Of a DNA stretch of 64,000 nucleotides, positions 40,399 to 52,099 are shown piece by piece. A program made the translations under genes and the position numbers. Below the pieces are notes generated by a model. It was not told where the DNA came from and did not search any database. It saw nothing but the letters and a program-made list of their open reading frames with translations. The stretch's first letter is position 1, and every line of letters starts with the position of its first letter. The DNA is from Rhina ancylostomus (lineage: Eukaryota): positions 105,394,701-105,458,700 of the forward strand of contig JARFYF010000001.1 of NCBI GenBank assembly GCA_030265395.1, read 5' to 3'.

Positions 40399-40487
40399 CT
40401 TTTGTTTACAACTACTCAGTGTTTCAAGAACTTTGCATTTCTCATCAAACAGTTGAGAAACTGTTTCTGCAAGTTGTTTCTCTCTCC
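40399..40487 (-). CDS. MIA2: exon 9 (coiled coil 1)
   Basis: REKQLAETVSQLFDEKCKVLETLSSCKQK; 89 nt. Confidence 0.93.
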
Positions 40488-40577
40488 CTAAAGAAATTAA
40501 AATTTGACAAATTTAAAACCTGGACTGATCAGATTACGGTGTAAATTAACTGAAAAGAACATTACTCAGTAGCTTAC

Positions 40578-40599
40578 CCATGTATCTTCTGCTTTTCAC
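40578..40599 (-). CDS. MIA2: exon 8 (22-nt microexon)
   Basis: VKSRRYM(G), like cTAGE5 VRSRLYVG; TAG/GTAAG. Confidence 0.92.
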
Positions 40600-40742
40600 C
40601 TATTAAGAGTAAGCAAAACAGTAGCAGTTAATGTATCACATGAATGTCCTTTTTAAGAAAAAATCTAGTGCATCAAAGACTGCCTGCAGGGCTTTTGATG
40701 CTTAATGTTATATTTAGCAATCCAACATGCAAATACACTTAC

Positions 40743-40886
40743 TGCCTGGCAAGTCCTGTAGATGAAAAGCAATGTGGTGAAAATCCCCAACAGAATTGAA
40801 ATCAGGAACAACTCAGTGCAAGGACCATGGAGGTTTGCTGAAGCTCCCAGATCTTCAGATAATGTATTCATCATTGTCTGATAGGA
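40743..40886 (-). CDS. MIA2: MIA2/cTAGE5 exon 7 (transmembrane)
   Basis: TLSEDLGASANLHGPCTELFLISILLGIFTTLLFIYRTCQA; donor GTAAGT; alternative in-frame acceptor at 40877. Confidence 0.9.
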
Positions 40887-43800
40887 CTGCAAGTAAAATA
40901 TTGGCATTATCATCAAAGTAGGGTCAACACCACATGTACTAACATACCTAGTAATATTCAGTGTGTGAGGAAGAGTAACAGAGAAGATAATGCAAGCAAT
41001 AGGAGCAGCAGCTGTAGGAGCTATACCAAGCACATCGAAAGTATTAACAATGGATACCAGGGTCAAGGCCAATATTATCAATCAGCCAATTCCTAAAACA
41101 CTGGTGGGTGGAGCATGGCAGTCCTACCGCAAACATTTATATCTCAAAAATACTATCAAGAAGGCCAGTGGGCATGGTATTCCAGGAGCATTAAAATATG
41201 ACCAGCACTAACGGATATGCTATTAACGACAATATCAAAGAGCGTGGAGTCAAATCAAATGTGCCAGTGGAGGTAATGTTACTATCCCTGCTGGTACCAG
41301 GGGATTTGATATTGCCAATAGAACTTAGGGTGTAGTGTGCTATCAAGAGGTTAAAAGTGGAAAGTAGGGTTCCATGAGTTTTGATAGGATAACCAATATT
41401 TACATAAATAACTTGGACTTTGCAATTGAAAATATAATTTAACATGCGGACACATCACATCATGGTGCATGGTGGCACAGAAGAGCAATACAATAAAAAC
41501 TTGTAAAATGACCATGTAACCGGCAAAAAAGTTTCAATACAGATATAAGAACTGATACATTTAGTAGGAAAAGTAAGACCATAAGATATAGGAGCAGAAT
41601 TAGGCTATTTGGCCCTTTGAGTCTGCTCCGCCATTCGATCATGGCTGATTTATGTTTCCCTCTCAACCCAGCCTCTCAATAAGGAAGCCATGTACATTTT
41701 GGAAAATAAATTTTGTTGATGGGTTACATTGGTACTTGGGACTCCAGATGAACAATGCAGTAAAAGAGCCACAAAAATGCAGCAAAGCAGAAACAGAGGC
41801 AAAGAATTGAAAAGCAAACACAGAACATTGGTTGGATTACATTGGAATATTAGGCACACTTCTTTGGACAATAGAGACATTAGAGAATTTGTAGGAAGAC
41901 TTAATAGAACTGAGAGACAGAATCAAGTGGATTTTTTTTCCTCCCTAAAACAAATTCTAAGGTCATTGAACACTTGCACTGCAGCCCAGAATTTGGTGAA
42001 ACTTGCTAATGAATCCAATAAATAATTTTGGAACATCTACCCTCCTTATATTGGCGGAAACTGCCACCACAAGACACAGCCGGGCTAACAAGAATAAGTG
42101 CATGTAAGGGGAAACAGGATAAGGGAGAAAAATATGTTGTCAGTCTGGTGTCATATCGATGAGCTTTGGAACACATATTAGATCATCTGTTTCCACCTGA
42201 CTCAGCACCTGTCAAATTTCCTCTGCTGCTGAACCCTCAAGTGTGCCCTTGTCACTTCTAAGCTTGATTATACCAACCAAACCTGCTGTCACTCATCTGT
42301 CACTTGACTCCAGGTTAAACAATGTCTTCACTGAAAAGTTCTTTCCTTGTTTTTTTTAAAATCCCATCTGGTCTCACATTTCCCTATTCTCCTCCCGCCC
42401 TAAACCTCTAATTCTAGTCACTCAAGCATGCAGCCAGTCCTGCCTTTCCTTGGCCACCACCACCTCCATACCTTAGAACCTACATTTATAAGCTTTTGTA
42501 TCTGACTTTGTGGTATCAAGTGTTGTTTGCTAACACTCCAGGAAAGCAGCTCAGGACAAGTTACAATGCTGAAAGTGCAACATTGTTAAATAGAAGCAGA
42601 TGTTGATAGAGTTAGAAACCAAGGTGGAAAAGAAAGGAGGCTCCCAATAGGTATAACCTCTCAGAACCGGTGTCATGCCAGAACCTTCCCTAGAAGCATT
42701 ATATCCTCTTGCAATTTGGAGACCAGTCAATGCAGCACCCCATAAGCATCATCATGAATCTTTTAGACCAGATTACCCGTTTCCCTGCTGCATATAACAT
42801 AGTACAACATTGCCATGGTAGTGGGGATGTAGTGATACCATTATCAGAACTAGAAGAAATGACACAGATAACAGGGGCAGAAGACATGTCAACAAAATGC
42901 CTAAGAGGGGAATATTGGTGGGGTAGTTGGTGATACTGCTATTGGGGGGAGGGAAGAGAAGGGGGTAGATGGGTAAAATTAGTGCAGTGTGACNNNNNNN
43001 NNNNNNNNNNNNNNNNNNNNNNNNNNNNNNNNNNNNNNNNNNNNNNNNNNNNNNNNNNNNNNNNNNNNNNNNNNNNNNNNNNNNNNNNNNNNNNNNNNNN
43101 NNNNNNNNNNNNNNNNNNNNNNNNNNNNNNNNNNNNNNNNNNNNNNNNNNNNNNNNNNNNNNNNNNNNNNNNNNNNNNNNNNNNNNNNNNNNNNNNNNNN
43201 NNNNNNNNNNNNNNNNNNNNNNNNNNNNNNNNNNNNNNNNNNNNNNNNNNNNNNNNNNNNNNNNNNNNNNNNNNNNNNNNNNNNNNNNNNNNNNNNNNNN
43301 NNNNNNNNNNNNNNNNNNNNNNNNNNNNNNNNNNNNNNNNNNNNNNNNNNNNNNNNNNNNNNNNNNNNNNNNNNNNNNNNNNNNNNNNNNNNNNNNNNNN
43401 NNNNNNNNNNNNNNNNNNNNNNNNNNNNNNNNNNNNNNNNNNNNNNNNNNNNNNNNNNNNNNNNNNNNNNNNNNNNNNNNNNNNNNNNNNNNNNNNNNNN
43501 NNNNNNNNNNNNNNNNNNNNNNNNNNNNNNNNNNNNNNNNNNNNNNNNCCACAGCCTGGGTGTCGGGGACGATCGGGTGTTGAGGAGTGTGCCGGCCGTT
43601 GCAGGGTCTGGGTGTTGGTGTCAGGGCCATTGGGGGACAGGGATCGGGCGGAGGGAAGCCACCACTTGCTGTGTGAGATACTGTATTGACGTTACTTTTA
43701 ACCTGATATCAACAAAGTGAAACAAAAAATAGAGCTCACAATAAGACTGTCTCTTTCACAACCTCGGGATGTACCAAACTCTCCTGCAGCCACTGAAAAA

Positions 43801-44477
43801 CAGATGCATTCAAAGCTGGAGAGAAACTGGACAGCTAAAGATCAGGCACAGGCAGAGCACACAAACAATAATGGCGTGAATGTATCTAATGCCTGCCCAG
43901 ATTATATTCTCAAATGTCTGGAGTGAAACCTGCAAGATTTAGGCTAAATCAAGTATGCTGCTATGTTTATCTGACAATAAGCAACATAAGTATCTCATTA
44001 ATGGAAGTACATACTAAAGTTCTCCACTGAGCCATCTTTTACTTTTAAAGGAAACACTTGCATCTTTTTAGCTCATTGCACAATATTGGGATGTGTTAAA
44101 ACTAGTAAAGAACCATTAAACAAATGTTTTTTTAGCGTTGTAACATAGGAAATGTTGCAGCCAAATTGCACACAGCAAGTTCCTCAAAACTGTAATGTGC
44201 TTTCTTTTTTCCCAGATGTTGACTGAGGGAAATATTTGCCAGGACATCTGGGGTTAACTTCTTTGAAATAGTGCCCAGTCTTCTATTATGACCAGATGAG
44301 AGGACACGTGGCTGCAGCTTAAATCTCATCTGATCACACAGTGCGGTGGTTCCTGAGTCCTGGAATGGACTGTTATCAAGTATTGTATGTCTGGAGCAGA
44401 ATCATCAAAATAGATGCTTAGCCAAAGAAGGATGTATCAAAAGAGACAAGGTTTCTCCAGCGTTACTACCCTTTGAG

Positions 44478-44840
44478 AAATTTATAAGATTTTGAGAGGC
44501 ATGGATAGTGTAGGCAGCCGGTATCTTTTTTCCCTCCAGGGTCGAAATGTCTAATACCAGAGGGCATGCATTCAAGGTTGAGAGGGGGCAAGTTCAAATG
44601 AGATGTGCGGGGCAAGTTTTTCCCCCACACAAAGAGTGGTGGGTACCTGGAATGCGCTGCCAGGAGTAGTAGTGGACCCAAATACGATCGGGGAGTTTAA
44701 GTGCTCAAAGAATGGAGGGATATGGACATTATGTAAGCAGAAGGGATTAGTTTAGTTAGGCATTTAATTGCTAGTTTAATTAGTTCAACACAACATTGAG
44801 GGCCGAAGGGCCTGTTCCCGTGCTGTCCTGTTCTATGTTT
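44478..44840 (+). mobile_element. CR1 3' fragment
   Basis: CTAATACCAGAGGGCATGCATTCAAGG...GGCCGAAGGGCCTGTTCCCGTGCTGT. Confidence 0.85.
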
Positions 44841-45128
44841 TTGTGGGTAACCAATCCTCATAGCGTCACCATTCACAGCCATGGCTATAGCTACACAGGC
44901 CCCAAACTCTGGAACTTCCACCCATGGCGCTCTCGGCCACATTACTGCCCTCCTACGTTTAGTTTTGACATGAACGAGGAAAGGAGGATGTCTGGGAGAA
45001 ACTATGCGAAGCGGGTCTATGGAATGGAAGACTGACAAGGAACAATGAAATGTTAACATGCCAGAAATGAAGGTGAAAACAAGATTCGAATTGGTCTCAA
45101 CATCGCTGTGACACTTTAGGTATGGTAA

Positions 45129-45211
45129 GTATTCCTGGGTTAGTTGCCCCTTTGCTCCAGCTACTCTTTGCTGGAGTAGCTAGAGCAAAGGGGCAACTAA
45201 TCCAGGAATAC
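45129..45211. repeat. 83-nt inverted repeat (38-bp arms, 7-nt loop)
   Basis: 45129-45166 is the reverse complement of 45174-45211 except at 2 positions. Confidence 0.95.
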
Positions 45212-46589
45212 GCGACAGTGATAGACCGCAGAGTGAAGCATAGGGAACAAGGTGATAGGAAGTGGGTTGGGGAATGTGAAGAGGAACGGGGTGGCGAGTC
45301 AACGCACCGGGAAGGGGGACGCATGGACAGGCTGAGAGCGAAGTGGGGGGGGGGGGTGCAGNNNNNNNNNNNNNNNNNNNNNNNNNNNNNNNNNNNNNNN
45401 NNNNNNNNNNNNNNNNNNNNNNNNNNNNNNNNNNNNNNNNNNNNNNNNNNNNNNNNNNNNNCCCCCCCCACAGAGGTAGCGGGCAGCAGGGAGAAGCAAA
45501 GGCAACAGGGTGATCCGGAGTGGATCTGGCAAACCCAGTGCGGTACCGGCAGGGTGCAGCTCATGCGGACTTGAAATGGACATAGCAGCACCGAGCTCAT
45601 CCCGACCTGAAAGGGCGAAGCTCCTGCGGACCTGAAAGGGCGACGGCCCGGCGGACCGTGTAGGGTGAAGCAGCAGCAGGCATGGGCGGAGCGAGGGGAG
45701 AGCTGACCCGGGACCGCGCTGCGGCGATCGGCCGCAGGGTGAAGCGCGGAGAACCGGGAGACTGGAAGTGGTCCACGAAATGTGAAGAGGGAGAGCGGGC
45801 CCGGCACGATGAGGCAGAAACGATGCGGATAAAAAGGATTAGTGTAGATAGTACAAGGGCGGCATGGACGTGGCGGGCCGAAGGGCCTGTATAACATTAA
45901 CGGGAAAAGGTCGTTTTACACGAAGCAACCAAGTGCCGGAACAGATAGGGCGCCCAAGACCTACAGTTTAGCCCAGCAGAGTCGATGGCAAATAAGGATA
46001 TTTAGACAATCGACAGCACAACAAAAAAACAAAACGTTTTTAAGATATTTTGATTCGAATATGGTAATGTGGCCCAAAATGTTAATTTTGTTAATTCTGT
46101 CCTAATGCAGAGTCTCGACCCAAAGTGTGCTCCTGCACCTTTTATGTCCGCAGATGCTGCCTGACCCCCTGAGTTCTTCCAGCACTTGCAGTCTCTTTAA
46201 GGCTTCTAAAATGTTCATGTAATTGGCCAGAAGGCAACCGATCATTACAAATTCGGGTGTTTCATCCCTGTCATCTCAATTTATTCGGTTTAGAATGTTG
46301 TATGAAAAGAAAAAAAATGAAGATAAAAAACACCTGCAGATGCTGGAAATCTCAGAGGGACTTTGATGTGAAACATTAACTTTGTTTTGCTTTTCATAGA
46401 TGCTGCCTGACCTTTGAGTGATTCCAGAATTTACTCCATGAAAGGAAAAGCTAATTTCAGTGCACACAAGTCAGCAGCCTTTTCCTAATTAGATTAAATA
46501 TGATCAAATAACATTTTAAATGTTCGTGACTGTCAGTGTCTCTATTGAGCACATCATTCTCTTCGAACTCCTCCGCTCCAGCATTCTTT

Positions 46590-47165
46590 TGCTTGCCACG
46601 TTGAGGTCAGACGCAGGTTGGAGGAATAACACCTCATATCCCGCCTTGGCAGTCTCCAACCTAATAGCCTCAACATCGAGTTCTNNNNNNNNNNNNNNNN
46701 NNNNNNNNNNNNNNNNNNNNNNNNNNNNNNNNNNNNNNNNNNNNNNNNNNNNNNNNNNNNNNNNNNNNNNNNNNNNNNNNNNNNNNNNNNNNNNNNNNNN
46801 NNNNNNNNNNNNNNNNNNNNNNNNNNNNNNNNNNNNNNNNNNNNNNNNNNNNNNNNNNNNNNNNNNNNNNNNNNNNNNNNNNNNNNNNNNNNNNNNNNNN
46901 NNNNNNNNNNNNNNNNNNNNNNNNNNNNNNNNNNNNNNNNNNNNNNNNNNNNNNNNNNNNNNNNNNNNNNNNNNNNNNNNNNNNNNNNNNNNNNNNNNNN
47001 NNNNNNNNGCTTCTGCCCTCTTTCTTTCCAGTCCTGATGAAGGGTCTCAGCCCAAAACGTTGACTGTTTATGTCCCTCCGTAGATGCTGCCTGGCCTGCT
47101 GAATTCCTCCAGCATTTTGTGTGTGTTGCTGCAGATTCCAGCATCTGCAGAATCTCTTATGTCTC
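46590..47165 (+). mobile_element. Penelope-like element 3' end
   Basis: RRRLEE*HLISRLGSLQPNSLNIEF, then gap, then the typical tail CCTGATGAAGGGTCTC...GATGCTGCCTGGCCTGCTGAATTCCTCCAGCATT. Confidence 0.8.
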
Positions 47166-47169
47166 CAGT

Positions 47170-48360
47170 GCCTATCTAAGAGCTTCTTAAATGCCCCTAT
47201 CTCATTTGTCTCCACCTCCTCCCCTGGCAGCACATTCCAGACACCCACCACTGTGTAAAAAAAACAACTTGCCCCGCACATCTCCTTTGAACTTACCCCT
47301 CTCACCTTCAATGCATGTCCTCTAGTATTAGACATTTTGACCCTGGGAAAAAGCTACCAGCTGTTCTCTGCACAGCTCAGCACAACATAAAAACCAGCCT
47401 CCCCTCCATGGACTTGGTCCGCACTTCTCGCTGTCTCGATAAAGCAGCCAACGTAATCAAAGACCCCACCCAGAACATTCTTTCTTCTCCCCCATCCCAT
47501 CAGGCAGAAGATACAAAAGCCTGAAAGCATCTAGCACCAGGCTCAAGGACAGCTTATATCCCGCTGTTATAAGACTATTGAACAGTTCCTTAGGACAATA
47601 AGGTGGACTCTTGACCTCATAATCTACCTTGTTATGGCTTTGCACCTTATTGTCTGCCAGCAGTGCACTTTCTCTGTAACTTTTGCACTTTATTCTGCAT
47701 TCTGTTATTGCTTTTCCTTTGTACTACCTCAATCACCGATGTGATGAAATGATCTGTATGGATTGCGTGCAAAACTAAGTTTTTCACTGTACCTTGGTAC
47801 ATGTGACAATAATAAACCAATTCCAATTCATAATCTATCAGGTCTCCCCTCAGCCTCTGCCCCTCCAGAGAAAACAACCCAAGTTTGTCCAACCTCTCCT
47901 TTTCCATTGCACATGCCCTCTAATCCAGGCAGTATCCTGGTAAACCTCTTTTGAATCCTCTCCAAAGCCTTCACCTATTTCCTACAATGGGGCGACCAGA
48001 ACTGAATGCAATACTCCAGCTGCGGCCCAACTGGAGTTTTGTAAAGCTGCAACATGACTTCCTGACTCTTGAACTCGATGCCTCGACTAATAAAGGCAAT
48101 CATGCCATATGCCTTCTTTACTACCAATCAAATTGTGCAGCCACTTTCAGGAGATATAGACTTGGATCCCTAGATCCTTCTGTACATCAACACTGTTAAG
48201 GATCTTGCCATTAACAGTGTACTGTCTCTTCACATTTGATCTCCCAAAATTCAACACCACATTTGGCCCTGATTAAACTCCATCTGCCATTTCTCCGCCC
48301 ATATCTGCACCTGATCTATATCCCACTGTATCCTTTAGCAATCTTCTACACTATTCACAA
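47170..48360 (-). mobile_element. CR1/HER1-type LINE fragment (split by the Rex insertion)
   Basis: ERLDKLGLFSLEGQRLRGDLI and SNTRGHALKVRG RT C-terminal motifs. Confidence 0.85.
47365..47830 (+). mobile_element. Rex1/Babar-like LINE 3' end nested in a CR1
   Basis: TAQHNIKTSLPSMDLVRTSRCLDKAANVIKDPT resembles the Rex1 ORF C-terminus; tail TTTCACTGTACCTTGGTACATGTGACAATAATAAAC. Confidence 0.7.
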
Positions 48361-48862
48361 CATCATCAATCGTTGTATTTCTGTGTTTGAGTGTTTCACT
48401 TTCAGTGTTTCAGCATTCCAGTGCTTCTGGCATTTTCTGTGTTTGTTTCAGAGACTGTCAGTCTGTTTAAAGTGTTCAAATGCTATGGAAGAGATCTGAC
48501 CCCACAATCCTCAGACTCAAGGAGAGCCAGGAAATGGCAGCTTTCTTCCAGCAGCACATACTTCTGTTACTGACTAGTCCTGGGAGAAATTTCTCTTCAA
48601 GGCAATTCGAGTTTATTCAAAAGGACATATATGCTCAGATGCAATGAAAATCTTACTTGCGGTAGCATTAGAGACAAAACATTAAAAACAAATTAAACAT
48701 AATTTATCCATAAATTATATAAAAATTATGCAAGAAAGAACATAATTAGAACAAAAAAAGCANNNNNNNNNNNNNNNNNNNNNNNNNNNNNNNNNNNNNN
48801 NNNNNNNNNNNNNNNNNNNNNNNNNNNNNNNNNNNNNNNNNNNNNNNNNNNNNNNNNNNNNN

Positions 48863-49240
48863 CTCCAGAGAAAACAACCCAAGTTTGTCCAACCGCTCCT
48901 CATAGCACATGCCTTCTAATCCAGGCAGCATCCTGGTAAACCTTTCCTGCACCCTCTCCAAACTGTCCACATCTTTCCTATCATGGGGCGACCTGAATTG
49001 AATGCAATATTCCAGATGTGGCCTAACCAGAGTTTTATAAAACTGCAATATAACTTCTTGCTTTTTGAACTCAATGCCTTGGCTAATGACAAGCATGCCT
49101 TATACCTTCTTTACCACCTATCAACCTATGCAGCCACTTTCAGGGAGCTATGGACTAGGACCCCAACGTCCCTCTGCACATCAACACTGTTAAGGGTCTG
49201 GCCGTTAACAATACACTGTCCCTTTACATTTTAATCTCCC
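48863..49240 (-). mobile_element. CR1/HER1-type LINE fragment
   Basis: LQFYKTLVRPHLEYCIQFRSP...LERVQERFTRMLPGL. Confidence 0.9.
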
Positions 49241-49464
49241 AAGTTACCTTCAGACTTAATTATTTAAATGTTCTCTTTGTCAGCTTCTGATTTTCCACCT
49301 TATGTGTTGAGCCTATCTTAAAATCGTCCTCTAACTCGATATGCATCTAATCCCATTCGCTTCTATGTTTGCTGACCTAAATTGATTCCCAGTCCAATAA
49401 CCTCAATCTTTAAATGTTCATTCTTGTTTTCAGATTCTTCTGTGACTTTGACCTTAAAGCTTCA

Positions 49465-49830
49465 TCCTCAGAAACCTCCAGGAGGTTTGTCAAACGTGAT
49501 TTCCTTTTCATAAATCCATGCTGAACCTGTCTAATCCCAGTGATGTTTACTAAGCGTCCCCTCATCACATCCTTTATAATAGACTCCAGCATCTTCCCTA
49601 CTTCCGATGTTTGGCTAACCAGTCTAGAGTTCCTTGNNNNNNNNNNNNNNNNNNNNAGTGGTGTTACATTTACACCATCCAACCTGCAGCTCCACAACCT
49701 TTAGAAGTTTGGAAGATGACAATCAGTGCATCCACTGTTTCCATGGCTGCCTCTGATAGTACCTGGGAATGGAGGTTATCAACCCCAGAGGATTTATCAT
49801 CTTTCAGATCTATTGATTTCTCCAGAACAT
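49465..49830 (-). mobile_element. CR1 RT fragment
   Basis: VGKMLESIIKD...QHGFMKRKSRLTNLLE. Confidence 0.8.
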
Positions 49831-49909
49831 ATCTTACTGATTTTCTTTAATTTTAAAGAGCATAGGTGTAGAAAGGAATCTTCGGCAGCCAGTCTATTGC
49901 CTCCTGAAA

Positions 49910-50535
49910 GTAGCAATGCAGCTGGACAGAGTGGTAAACAAGGTGATCGGCACGCTTGCCTTCATCAGTTGGGGCATTGTGTATAAATATTGGCAAGTCA
50001 TACTGTGGCTGTTTAAACTTTGGTTAGGCCACAGATGTAGTATTGTGTGCAGTTCTGGTCGTCACATTGCAGGAGGATGTGGAGAGTTTGGAGAGGGCAC
50101 AGAAGAGGGTGACTAGGATGCTGCCTAAATTAGAGAGTATTAGCTATAAGTAGAGGTTGGACAAACTTGGATTGTTTTCTCTGGAATGTCAAAGGCTGAT
50201 TGAAGTATATACAATTATCAAAGGCATAGATAGGGTGGTCAGAATCTTTTTTCCAGGGTGGAAATGTCAAATTTAAGGTGAGAGGGGGAAAGTTTACCAG
50301 AGATTTACAAGGCAAGGTTTTTGTTTATTTTCAGTGATAGTTTTCCTGGAACACAGCGCCATGGGGGGTGTTAGAAGCAGATACGATAGCATCATTTAAG
50401 ACGCATTCAGACAGGAACATGAACAGGTCAGGAACGGAGGGATTGTGACCATGTGTGGGCAGATGGGATTAGTTTAGTTTGGCACAATGATTGTTACAGA
50501 CATTGAGAGCTAAAGGTCCTGTTTCTATGCTGTTT
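49910..50535 (+). mobile_element. CR1/HER1-type LINE 3' fragment
   Basis: Degenerate RT C-terminus and tail AAAGGTCCTGTTTCTATGCTGT. Confidence 0.85.
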
Positions 50536-51416
50536 TCTTTTCATTAGACCCTTGGTTCCCCAAGATCTCTGGGAAGTTATTTGTATCCTTTACATTTGCT
50601 TAAATTGTTCTGCCATTTTACTTGTTTCTCCTAAATTCTCCTAACTGTAAGGGACCTCTGTTTGCCTTCACTGATCTTTTTCTTTTTAGACTCTTTACAA
50701 TCTGCTTTTATGCTGCTTACAAATTTACTTTCAATACTCTATTTTCATATTGTCAATCAATTTCTTAATCCATCTTTGCTGAATTCTAAACCGCTTCTAT
50801 TTTGGCATCTTTATAGGACTTCTCTTTGAATCTAATACTGTCCTTAACTTCTTTTGTTAGCCTAGCAAGTTGATGCCGTTCTTAAGATGGACTTATGTAT
50901 AGATGGAAAATAGAAGGCCAGGAGAGTGCTGAATGACTTAGTGAAAATATAATGCAAGTACATGAATGTGTCTGCAAAAGATTAGCTGATTGAAGGGCAG
51001 ATGCAGGTTATATGGTGAACTAGGTGGTCTTGTGGTGTGGTGTGATATAGCGTCAGATGCTCAGCTCTAGGTTCAATAATAGTCCATCAATAGGGGCGTG
51101 CTCAGATCTCAAAGGTTAGAGTCAATTAATAGTCTGAAGAATCTGCTGACAGTGTCTATTCTCAGGTATCAATAATGTTCACTTGAATGAGTTACTGAGT
51201 CATTGTCACCTGTGGACCTACACTCAGGTTATGGGTCACCAGGGAGAAGGAAGTGAACAAATAAAAATATGGAAAACAGGAAGAAAAAATATCAATGCTG
51301 TAAAGTAACATTCAGAAAATCAAAATACATTCTTGTAACTAGAACAATGCGCAACAGAGACATTGTAAAGGTTGTTGCAATATTTTTTCTAGTTTACAAT
51401 ATAAAGTAATACTTAC

Positions 51417-51520
51417 ATTTTGGATGAAATGATCAACTATTATCATGAAGTTTTGTAGATCGAGGTCAAGGACACTGCCCAGTATATAACCAGCTGTTTC
51501 CTCAACACTTGTTTCATATT
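51417..51520 (-). CDS. MIA2: MIA2 exon 6
   Basis: EYETSVEETAGYILGSVLDLDLQNFMIIVDHFIQN; acceptor tcttttacag, donor GTAAGT; phase 1 to 0. Confidence 0.85.
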
Positions 51521-51600
51521 CTGTAAAAGAAAATGATAAATCAAAAACATTGTCTTTAAACTTTACTGTGCACACGAATGGTTTTGTACTTTACACTCAC

Positions 51601-52099
51601 CAATGTCATTGTCAGTTGGTGTTCCAACTCTTGGATCATCAGTTACTGTTGGTTTTTTAACCTCACTTAAATGTGCGGATATTGTTCTCTCTTCAGTCTG
51701 GTAGTAACTANNNNNNNNNNNNNNNNNNNNNNNNNNNNNNNNNNNNNNNNNNNNNNNNNNNNNNNNNNNNNNNNNNNNNNNNNNNNNNNNNNNNNNNNNN
51801 NNNNNNNNNNTAACTACTTTCCTTAGTTCTTACATCCTGTGATTTCTTCTGTAATTGATTTCCTAATTTACTTTCCACTACAACCTCAGCAGTTGTTTTC
51901 TCTGAATCAGTTAATTTGTCTGACAGGTTCCAGGTCAGTGTTTCCAGCACTTGTCTCTCCGTTATGTCCGAGACGACGTCCTTGGCTCCCTTCTGCTCCT
52001 GCACATGCTTGCTCATTTCAAAAGATTTTCCAAAAACTTCTGAAATTTGCTCTTTGCTTGTAACTCCAGCATTTGAAGTGTCACCCGAACTGAAAGCAT
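51601..52099 (-). CDS. MIA2: MIA2 exon 5 (spans a 100-N gap)
   Basis: Acceptor ttattttgcag, DAFSSGD...TKESS / SYYQTEERT...DNDI, donor G|GTGAGT; 393 nt and in frame if the gap is closed on the shared TAGTTA. Confidence 0.8.

Noticed and set aside
42773-43720. Long ORFs of 235-285 aa
   Set aside because: Almost entirely X residues from a 555-N gap.
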